Shown here: positions 10,201 to 20,704 of the stretch, in pieces
Numbering within the stretch: the first letter of the stretch is position 1
Layout: each line of letters begins with the position of its first letter
Assembly (NCBI GenBank): GCA_002245135.1
Contig: NGBS01001171.1
Coordinates: 62,001-85,036 of the forward strand
DNA length: 23,036 nt
Direction of reading: 5' to 3'
Source: Proteromonas lacertae
Taxonomy: Eukaryota
The notes under the pieces: generated by a model
The model's database searches: none
What the model was told of the DNA's origin: nothing
The model's input: the letters and a program-made list of their open reading frames with translations, nothing else
Position numbers and translations under genes: made by a program

Positions 10201-13200
10201 TCCAAAAAATGAATTCTTTGATCTTTCAAACACAACTTCATCTTTTGAATTTATTAACTGATAAGCAGGTATATCGTAATGATCTTCAACATATAATGTC
10301 AATCCAACTAAGAATTTTTCAGCATTATCACAATCATCTTCTTGTGTATCTGGAAGAACTTCTATTATCATATCAAATGAAACTTGACCTCTATCATTAT
10401 GAGCTGTGATTTTATAATTTGTTATCTTTGTTACTTCATCAGCTCTTCCATATATTCTTCCTGTTATATTGTTAAATATAATACCTTTTGGTAATGTAGA
10501 AGGTGTAATGGTGAAATATTCAATATATGCTTCAATCTTTGGAATTAAAAGTAGTTCATCATTTTGATAATATGTTGTATTATTTATTGTATATTTGAAT
10601 TTAGGTAAACAGGTTCTATTACACATAATAATTATAACATTTTAAATAATAATTTATACCTGTGTTTAGGTTTATAGTTTGAGATTCAGAATCAGGAAAA
10701 TTAGCATGTAATCTGTAGATTTTTAAACCATTATTATAAATTGTTAAATAATAATCAAACTTTCCACTTACCACTATTTTATAAGTATCTTCTGGGAGAC
10801 ATATACTGTAACTACGAGGTAAACTAACTGTTTCTTTTTCATACACATCATATACAACATCATCATTTGATGCACTTACAGTAAGTTTTAAATACTGTCC
10901 ATTATCAACAAAATCATTACTAAAATGAAATACATGTCTCACCCCATTTTCACATCCACCATCTGCTTTTATTTTAAATGTAAATTCTTTACTATCACCA
11001 TCTGAAAGTCCAAAAATTGCATTTACTGTTAGCTTTGCATCTAATATTTCTTTCGCACTTCCAGAAAGGGTTGAACTATCTTTAAAGTATTGAAACCCTA
11101 ATGGAAGATCCACTGTTTCAAATCCTATTACATATCCAGTTTCAATATGGAATTGAAGGTCATAGAATTCACCAATAACTAAAGTAATTTCATCACTATA
11201 TTTCTTTCCACTTTGAAGATCTAATATATAAAAACCAGATGGAGATTCAACAGCTATATAATCAATTATAACTAATAATTATATATACGCTTTACAGAAA
11301 TATAAATGCTTGTTGAAACAGATTTATCTTTTGAACTTGTTACTGTTATTGTATGTTCTTTCATTTCAATAAATCTTTCTGATGTTGGAGTTCCTGCTAT
11401 TATTACGGGATTGAATGGATTATTTGAACAATGAGCTTCTAAACCATCGGGTAATGGAGGATTAACTTTTACATCTTTACAATCAAAATCTTCAACTGGA
11501 ATTCCATTATTTTCTACTTCTTGACCTTTTAGATAAGTAGCTGTACTTTGACTCATTAAGAAATAATCATTAACTGGAATATATCTAAATGGAAGGAAAT
11601 CACTATAATCATCTTCAGTTTGATTTGATTTCTTCCAGGAGAACTTGAAACAAGCATGACCTTGATGTGAAACATAATATATTTGAACAAAGAATGAATC
11701 ATCAGTTAAATTATAATCAAAATAACTTGGATTATCTACCTTATTTCTTCCTGGTTTAGATAATATTTCTTTATTATCAATATAAATCCAATAACCACCT
11801 TCGGCATTTATTTTGAATTTGTTTATACCAATATCTTCTTTTTGTGGATGAAGATAGCCTTCCCAATAAACACCATAATCATCAAGAAATTCGATACTCA
11901 ATCCTTCAGGATGAGGTTTCTCTTGAGTTTCTTCTATAAATGGCTGATCTTGCTTTTGAATGTAAGATGCTTCTAAACCATCTACATTTGGCCCATATTT
12001 GGTAAATAAACTTGTATCAAAATCATGAGGTTTATAATAATAAGATCGAACTCCTTCTATAGTTTTCTTTGTTACACGAAGTTTTATTGTTATTTCATTT
12101 GTTTCACTATCTCCATTTTTACATTTCACTTTATATTCTGTTTGTTCCATTTCAGATTGTGGATGGCCTTTTATACCATCAACTGTTACTTCTGATCCTT
12201 CAGGTAATTCTGCATTATTACTAATCCAACAACTTTCAGCTTTACCTCTTCCAACATGAATTGCAGTTAAACTGAAAGCATCATATATAACCAACTTACT
12301 TCTAAAGAATCAACAGATAAAAACAATACTGGATCAAAAGAAGATTTGGAATATTTAAATGGAATTGTTTTTCTTGTTGAACTACCTGGAAGTGAATAGT
12401 CAAATACAAAATGGAAATCTAATCCTTCACCTCCCATAAATTCGATTAATACTCTTCTTAAACCACTCTCTAGTTTCACTTTGGATGATTGTAATGATTC
12501 ATTAAAGGGTTTACATTCACTCCAATCTGATAATACTTTTACATCATCAATAAACACTCTAGCATTCATTTCATTACCAGTTTGCATATAGAATGTATAT
12601 TCACCAGCTGTTTCAATATTAATAAATCCATCCATTGTGCCATTAAATGATGTTATTACACCTGAAACAGATATATCCATCTTACTTTTCCATTGTTCAA
12701 AATCAGTTAATCCAGATAAATCATTCATTACACCTTCATAGAAGTCATAAACAGATATACCATCATAATAATCACCACATCTTGTTGTTTCCAAATCATT
12801 GAATCTAACATAAATACCATTATTTAATATAGGATTTTCAACTTTAACAATTTCTATTTCAAATATACCAGTTCCAACAGCATTTCTAGCTTCAATAGTA
12901 TATTTCATATTGGTTTGAGGATTGAAATTATTAAATCTCAAATAAGGACCATCTTGAGTAATACCTTTCACATCTTTTGGGAAAATTGACCATTCATTTT
13001 CTGAAGCATCATCAGTGGATGTACAAACTATAACTGTATTAATGAGAGAAACGGTTGTTAGTTTAGAAACTCCACAATTTATAACTGGAGCAGACATGCC
13101 TAGGAAAATTAAGGATTTAAACATACAAACAATTTTTAATCTGCAAACAGCTGCATCTTCTCTTCCTGCATTATATGTTATGGTGTAATAGCCACTTGAT

Positions 13201-13462
13201 TCAGCAATTGGAACTCCAGAAATATATCCACTGTTTAGGTCAAGTAATAAACCTTCTGGTAATTTTTTATCAACAACATATAAACCATCTTTTAAATCAG
13301 TTGGTTTATTGATTGTAGCTTCTTCTCCAACTTTCAAATGAAAATGATTATACTCATACTTGAAACTACCAACACACAATGAAGGCATAACATATAGTAC
13401 TATTCATTTATAACAATAATATTAATCATGAAACACAGATGCAATATCTGATTCAATCGCAT
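7210..13462 (-). CDS. Giant type I membrane surface protein (~2,020 aa) with about 10 He_PIG/putative Ig-like repeats, two PA14 domains, two Cys-rich modules, one TM and a short cytoplasmic tail; two frame anomalies
   Basis: ATG 13462 gives the signal peptide MRLNQILHLLLYVMPSLCVG after intron 13400-13434. Further introns are 13100-13126, 11254-11288, 10616-10659 and 9990-10022. Repeated LPxGxxx...GxIxGxP motifs occur. PA14-like blocks lie at about 12350-12820 and 11580-12060. TM IVGALIGIIIGCIIGGGVLFLGGYCIYV. Frame breaks are at 12295-12299 and about 10607-10609. Confidence 0.8.
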
Positions 13463-13663
13463 ACTCTATCAAGCTGACCTACAAATCTTTTCTTTTAATT
13501 CAGATTCAAATCAATTTAGTCTTTACTAACATATTTGGATATAATTCTACATCATGATAATTAGAAAAGAATGAGTAAATATATAATATGATGAGATTAA
13601 AAAAAGAATGAAAAACTATCTTATATCAATACTTCTAATATATCATAGGTCAATTGTTTGAAA

Positions 13664-14420
13664 TTAAACTATCTGAATGGTATTCATTAATCTGAAGGTT
13701 ATATAAATAGACAAATAAAATCCAATTAAAAAAACTATAATCAGTATGATATTTATAAATAAATCATAACCTTTTTTTCTTATTTTCTCTGCATTTATTG
13801 AATAAATCAATAGATGGATTGCATAGACTAGTTTAACAATATATATATCTTTAGAAAATAGGTTTAAAACCAATTTTATCACTACAAATTAACTCAAATA
13901 CATCTCCATCCAATATCATCACTGAAAATGTATTAAATATAATATAGTCAAATTGAATCACATTTATTAGAATAAGTGTTATTCCCACAACATATAGTCA
14001 TTGTATTATTAACTATTTCGTCTGTTATTGATAATTTTAAAGATATCAAGAAGCATATTGCAGTAATTACAAATAGAAATATTGTTGGGCAAAGACGTAA
14101 TTCCTATAAGTTAATACTTGTAAAGAAACTGACTCTCCACAATAAACACATATAATTGTTAATAATATCACATAAACTATTTGTATTAGAGGATAAACTC
14201 CTAACTCTTTTTTTGGAATTATACTAAAACCAATTCAATAAATACCATTATTTCATAACAACACCCATTGATGAGGATTTACCAAATGTTATTATCGAAA
14301 ACATCAGTAAAAGCAAACATAATACCTATTCTTTATTATATCCTTGACTATACCACATTAATAGCAATAATAGTATATTGACCAATATTTCTAGGATAAT
14401 GACTGTAACTAACACTTATT
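13664..14420 (-). pseudogene. Possible decayed multi-pass membrane protein gene
   Basis: Several short hydrophobic minus-strand frames in different phases are broken by stops: ELGVYPLIQIVYVILLTIICVYCGE, LRLCPTIFLFVITAICFLISL, and ORF 13664..13882 YDLFINIILIIVFLIGFYLSI. I found no consistent splice model. Confidence 0.25.
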
Positions 14421-14794
14421 TCACTTATATTGTTTTTTTAAATTTAGCCGTTTTTGAATAAATAGGTTATTAAGTCTTTTATAGCCTCATAAAATTGTAA
14501 CGAATATAAATTTAATTAAATTTTAAAATCCAAAATTTTAATCAACAAACATGTTTATATATAAAATAGCATTATTATTATTATTATGTAGTGCAATTAT
14601 ATGATGATTGAATAAAATTTAAACCTGAAAATAAACATAAGAATATTGTCATAAGTGAAGATGGCAAATCGAATAAAATAATGTTGGTGTTGGTAATAGT
14701 GGTAAAAATGCTTCTGTAAATTTGATCAAATATTGGAAAGAATAGAAAACAAAATAAAAAATGTAAATTTATATTTGTGTAATTTATTTAATAA

Positions 14795-17207
14795 TTATTT
14801 ACCTTTATGATGTTTATGATGTTTCTTCTCTTTTCTCTTACTTTCTTCATAAGGATTATCATCATGATTATTATATGGATAATTATAATAATGATCATCT
14901 TTACCACCTCTTTCTAATATAAATGGAGCTTGACTATTACTTCCTACATTCAAATCTTCTGTTGTTCTTTCACCTAAATCTAAATCTAAATTCACTATAT
15001 TCTCACAATGATAACGAGGTGAAGCATCGTATACTTTACGACTTTTGGTGTAACTGCTTTCACATCTTCGACTATGATCATCACAGATTGGTTGTTTATA
15101 TTTCATCTATTTATTAAATAATAATAATAATAATATATACATGACAATTAACTATATTTACTCTTGGTAACATATAATCATCTTGACCATCATCCCATTT
15201 GGCTCGATTTTGAATATTCTCCACTTCATCTGGAGGTATAAAGTTTTTTATTATTAATTCTTTTAATTGCATTTGACGATTCAAATCACGAATTATATCT
15301 AAAAAGTCTTCTTTCTCTCTATTCCATTCTGCATCTAAATCTTCCATTTCATTGTTTATTTCATCAATCTTATTTTGTACTTTTTCTAATTTCTTACTCT
15401 TCACTTCACATTCTTCATGTAAACTACTGAATTTATCTTGTAATAGTAATTTTCTTTCAGCTTCTTCGGCTAATTGTTGAGCGACCAATTCTTGCTCTTT
15501 TCTTTTTGCTTCTATCTCTGCTCGAACTCTTCTTAACTCTTTTTCTTGCTTTGCAGCAGCATCCATTACTTGACCACTTTCGATTAACTGCGCATTGATT
15601 TCTTTTAATCTTTTCATTAATTCATCTTTACTCTTCTTTTCGGCTTTTCGCTTTTTGTTTTCTTGTTTTACTTTTTCTTCTAATTCACTTCGCTCTTTTT
15701 CTGTTCGTTCTTTCTCAGCAACTAATTTCTTTATATCTTCAAGTGCTTGTTTACGAACATTCTCTTTCGCATTCTTTTTATTCATTTCAGCTTCTCTTAA
15801 CTTCTCCTCAATCTCTTTTAATTTCATCTCATTTTCTTGTCGAGCTTTTTCTTCAAGCTTTTTTAATTCTTCTTCACTTACACCGACTTCTTTAACTACT
15901 ACTTTTTCTATCACTTTTTCTTCGCTGATTACATTTCCATTACCATCAACAATTGGTCCTTCTATTCCACCAGCTCCACCTTCAGCTTCTAATTGTTTTC
16001 TTAATCGAATAATTTCTTCTTGAAATTCTCTCAACATTGCATCTTTTGGATCTTCATTAATTAATGGTTTATTCTTTATTTTCTTAGCTCGATCTGCATA
16101 TCTCAATGTACTAATTGTTTCATCATAATTATAACCAGCTGGACCACAATTGGCACACATACATGTCTTGGTATTTCCACCTAAGGAATCTTGTAATAAT
16201 CGAGTCAATTTACTATCTCTATAAGGAATATGCTTTGATTTTCCATCAACTAATGCTTCTATTACACTTCCCAGTGTTGATAAGGATAAATTGATTTTAA
16301 TACCTTCTAAACGACTATTTTAATAATAATAATAATAATAATAATATATATACGTTTGTCCTTCAGCTCCAGTCTTCGCTATTCTTTCACTACCTGCTAA
16401 ATCAACTAAATTTAGTTTACCAACTTTTATATGTTCACTTCCATCAGGTCCTTTTTCACTTTGTTCTACTATTATCGTAAAGATACTGTGACTTCGAGAA
16501 CTGGTTGCATTCATTAATGTTGAAGCAGTACTTCGATTTGTTTTACCTCGTTGCATCCAACTATCGATTTCAGCTATGTTTTTAACTACAGGACTTGTCA
16601 ATCCTTCTACATATACTCCAGTATCAGGATTTTCATGAATTTTTAATTTTTGATTTGGATCTTTGGATAATAAGTCTTTCACTTCTTCATTATATAATTC
16701 TAAGTAACTCGCATGAACTAAATATTTCTTTTCACCTGTATCATCGATTCCAATTGTATCAAATACTTGTTTGAAACAACGAGGCATCACTCCTTTATCT
16801 TCAGCAGGATCAGATCGACCTTCCATTGTATGAGTTTTACCTGAACCAGTTTGACCATAACAGAATATTGTACCATTGTATCCTTCAAATACATTATCCA
16901 CGATTGGAGCACCGGTTTGTTCAAATACTTCTTGCTGAGTACAGTGACCATCAAATGTTGCATCAAAACTAAAAGTCTTGTCTTGATTTCGATCGCCTGA
17001 AGGATGAATTATTGTAATTGAATTATTCCTATTGTTAACTAGTGCAACTTCTTCATATCTATTTCACAGTATACTTTTTAATATTTTATACCCTGCTTGT
17101 CTCTCCTTCGAGTTTAAAGGACGAACTCTCACTATCACTTTGATACATTCACTCTTCTGAGCAATACCAGCCTCCATTCTTAATTTTTTATTTTGATCAA
17201 CATTCAT
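14795..17207 (-). CDS. KIF3: Kinesin-2 family motor subunit (KIF3/FLA8/FLA10-like), ~768 aa
   Basis: Introns 17059-17091, 16315-16353 and 15107-15140. Motor motifs [46 protein letters not shown]. Kinesin-2 neck [24 protein letters not shown], a coiled-coil stalk, and tail motifs IIKNFIP and [15 protein letters not shown]. An alternative in-frame ATG is at 17177. Confidence 0.93.
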
Positions 17208-17693
17208 GATTTATACAAAGATAAAAATCAAAAAATAAATTTCAATTTTCAAATCAGTTATTCAAATATATTTGGCTTGAGACAATAAAAAGTTCAAAAA
17301 TTTGTCTATAACACATATTCAGTCAAATTAACAGATTTAGTCAATAAATATCATACTATTTGCATCGCTATAAATGTAATAAAAGTATTATAAAAGTAGA
17401 TTAATATAACTCTGATTAATAATTGTTCTTATAATGGCATTATGTTGATTATTGGATATTATTCTTCAGATAAATCACAGTTTTAAATGCTATTTTATCA
17501 ACATTTTTATATAATCTTTCTATAATTATTTATAATGTACGATATTTATTATGTATGTTTTAATATAAGGAATATAATAACTAAAATACAGCATACAGTA
17601 TATTAAGCGAGAAAATAACAACACTTCAAAACTATTTTGAAACGTCGAACCAAGATCGGTTTCTCTAAAAGATTTTCTCGTCTATCTTCGTCA
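17208..17693. promoter_or_regulatory. Divergent (bidirectional) promoter region between kinesin-2 and SCS alpha
   Basis: An AT-rich 486-nt non-coding gap between two head-to-head start codons. No specific motif was assigned. Confidence 0.45.
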
Positions 17694-18697
17694 ATGCTTT
17701 CTAGAATTCAAAGAATTCCAATAAAAAATTTATGTAGATTCAGTACCTCAGCTAAAGTTTGGATTAACAAAGATACTCGTGTAATATGTCAAGGTTTCAC
17801 AGGAAAGCAAGTATAATAGTAACAAATGTGATAATAAATAGGGTACATTTCATAGTCAGCAAGCAATTGAATATGGAACAAAGATGGTAGGAGGAATTAG
17901 TCCAAAGAAAGCAGGAACAACTCATCTTGGTTTACCTGTGTTTAAATCAGTCAAAGAAGTATTATACTATTTATTATATCAAATTTTTATAGAGTGTTGA
18001 AGCAGTTCATCCTGATGCCTCAGTTATTTATGTACCACCACCATTCGCTGCTTCCGCAATATTAGAATCAATAGAAGCAGAGATTCCATTAATTGTATGT
18101 ATTACTGAAGGTATTCCACAACATGATATGGTATATGTGAAACATTGTTTAAGAAGTCAAAAAGCAAGTCGTCTATTAGGTCCAAATTGTCCAGGTATAA
18201 TCAAGCCAAATGAATGTAAAATTGGTATTATGCCAGGATATATCCATACTCCAGGTAAGATCGGAATTGTGAGTAGAAGTGGTACATTGACATATGAAGC
18301 TGTGTTCCAAACAACAGAAGCTAAACTTGGACAAAGTACTGTTGTTGGAATTGGAGGTGATCCTTTTAATGGTACTAATTTTATTGATGTGTTGGAAAAA
18401 TTCACAAATGATCCAGAAACTAAAGGTATTATAATGATTGGTGAAATTGGTGGAAGTGCTGAGGAAGAAGCAGCTGAATGGCTTCATAAATATGGAGATC
18501 ATTCAAAGCCAGTTGTTGGATTTATTGCTGGAAGTACAGCTCCACCAGGTAGAAGAATGGGACATGCTGGTGCTATTATCAGTGGTGGTAAAGGTACTGC
18601 TGCTGGTAAAATAAAGGTAATGGAAGAAATGGGTATTCATGTTACAAGAAACCCAGCAAAAATGGGAGAAGAGATGTTAAAATATTTAAAACCATAA
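17694..18697 (+). CDS. SUCLG1: Succinyl-CoA synthetase (succinate-CoA ligase) alpha subunit with an N-terminal mitochondrial/MRO targeting peptide, 312 aa
   Basis: ATG 17694, introns 17811-17841 and 17959-17992. Motifs [35 protein letters not shown] and the phospho-His motif RMGHAGAI. Presequence [19 protein letters not shown]. Confidence 0.97.
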
Positions 18698-18801
18698 ATA
18701 AATAACTGTTATTATTATTATAGGATGTGTATTTTGGCATAAATCAATATTTCAAAAAACTTGATCGTTTTATTTTATTTTTAAAAATCATTTTTGCTAA
18801 T

Positions 18802-19334
18802 ATGAATTCTATGTTTGCTGAATTGGAAAAACAAAGAGGTGAAAATAATTACTCATATAAAAGAGGTGGATCTTCCAGATCAGTTGGAACACAAGGTAAG
18901 TGTTTCAATTGTGGTGGTATTGGTCATTTGTATTGCAATAATATAATAATGTATTAATCAATAGAGCAAGAGATTGCCCATCTCAAATTAGAAACTCTGG
19001 AAGAGGTGGAAGAAGTAGATATAGCAATAATAACAACAGAAATGTACAGTATAGAGGAAGAGGTGGAAGTAGAGGAAGGGGAGGCAGAGGAGGCAGAGGT
19101 AGGAGAAGTGGAAGAGAAGGAAAGAATCAAGAATCTTTAGATCATGAATTAGATTCATATTGGATGAAAGATCCAGAATCAGCATCAAAGAAATTAAATT
19201 CTGATTTAGATGATTATTGGGCAAAACCAGATGTAGCTTCACAGAATCAAGAAAATACAAATGGTAATGGAGAAGAAACAATTAAAACTACAGAAGATAA
19301 TACAGAAATAGAAGCAACAACAGAATCTGCATAA
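18802..19334 (+). CDS. CCHC zinc-knuckle + RGG box + tandem UAP56-binding-motif (FoP/Chtop-type) RNA-binding protein, 165 aa
   Basis: Intron 18930-18964 completes CFNCGGIGHLARDC. This is followed by RGRGGSRGRGGRGGRGRR, then ESLDHELDSYW and KKLNSDLDDYW, with stop TAA at 19332-19334. Exon 2 is absent from the ORF track. Confidence 0.85.
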
Positions 19335-19366
19335 ATAAATGAATAAATAAACATGAATTGATTAAT

Positions 19367-20669
19367 TTATTTAAAAATGTTTATTTTCTTCCAATAAATC
19401 ACATTTCTTATTCCATAATTTACAGTACTCATTATTAATTTCATATTTGCATAAAATGAACTTTCTACAAACCAATATCTACACCACTGACTAGATCTTT
19501 TCACATTAATTCTATGTTTCAATGTATTAGTTGTTAAATTACATAATTCAGAATGTATATGGTTTGACTTATAACCTGGTTGTGGACGAGTAGATAATAA
19601 TGGAATATATATTAAATTAGAGATAGTAGAGTGTATTTCCCAGTCCCACTGTACGAACATATATGGAAACATTTCAATAACGACGCTTTTACTCATTAAC
19701 CATAAATGATTAATAATAGATGTACCATGAGGTGAAATATAAATATCTATTTGATTGGATAAGATTATTTGTGATTTAAACGTTAGATGTTCAAATTCTA
19801 TTCTATACACCTTTATATTATACAAATTTGATTTTTTTTCTAACTCTTTCAACATTTTGAAAATCATTTTATAATTTAAAGCATTTCGTATTCTATGTTC
19901 GCTAACATTCCTTCGAATCACAGCAATTATGATTGTTTTACTTAAATCACTTTGAATATATTGATTTTTATATTTATTCAAAATAGAATCTCGAAATGAT
20001 AATTTACTTTCAATTGATAAAAACATTCCGCCAAAACTAATAATTCTGTTGTAACCGACAATATTTAATTGTTTAAAACATATTATTGATTTCAAATTCA
20101 TCTCTTTATTAACATCTTCCCATTTCTTATAGATGATTGGAGGATTAAATTTTGATAAGAAATTATCTAGTAAAATTTTATTATATTCTATCTCAGTTTT
20201 ACTATCGAAGGTAGGGTTATAAATTACTTTTAATTCTGGATAATGTGATGGATTCTTTAGAATATTGATTAGAAATGCATGATTATCAAGAAAATGACCT
20301 ATATGCCAACTAATGTACTGAATTAACAACCAATTACCAGTTTCATTGTGATAATTTGTATATGCAAATGGAATTTTCATAACAATAAATTCAAGATGAT
20401 CAGAAAATGAAATATCAGTGTTTAAAGGATGATTATCGTCTTGAAAAAAATCATTATTCCTCTTATTCGATCAATATCTGCCCTTCTGTAACAAACATTA
20501 TAGAATATTCCCCACTCATCCGCTCCTGATGGAGTCGTAAACCAATCAATTTTTGAATATTCTTTTTCATTTGCAACTCTATCAGCCTAAAAAATCAAAA
20601 TATACAAAAATATACATCACTAAGCTGCAGATTCAGTAGAATAATCAAAAATAAAAGTATTCCAAACAT
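19367..20669 (-). CDS. Glycosyltransferase family 61-like protein with an N-terminal signal peptide/anchor; one apparent 1-nt deletion
   Basis: ATG 20669 (MFGILLFLIILLNLQLSD) and intron 20587-20615. The frame is restored by adding one base to the A7 run at 20444-20450. GT61-type motifs are WHIGHF, FEHLTFKSQI and IDIYISPHGTSIINHLWL...VIEMFP. Confidence 0.8.
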
Positions 20670-20704
20670 CTTTCAAGCCACAATTTCAATTTGAATCTTT
20701 CAAT

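Noticed and set aside
7206..10409. ORFs 7206..7484, 8157..8339, 9276..9467, 10067..10261, 10167..10409
   Set aside because: They are antisense or off-frame shadows within the giant Ig/PA14 gene, with no motifs.
7210..13462. Bacterial contaminant or prokaryotic island, suggested by He_PIG/PA14 domains
   Set aside because: The gene has host-type tiny introns and the same base composition as its neighbours.
14923..16023. ORFs 14923..15117 and 15595..16023 (+)
   Set aside because: They are antisense to the kinesin tail and Glu/Lys-rich coiled coil, giving the typical Phe/Ser-rich mirror translation.
18157..19281. ORFs 18157..18405, 18176..18502, 18988..19281 (-)
   Set aside because: They are antisense to SCS alpha and the Zn-knuckle gene.
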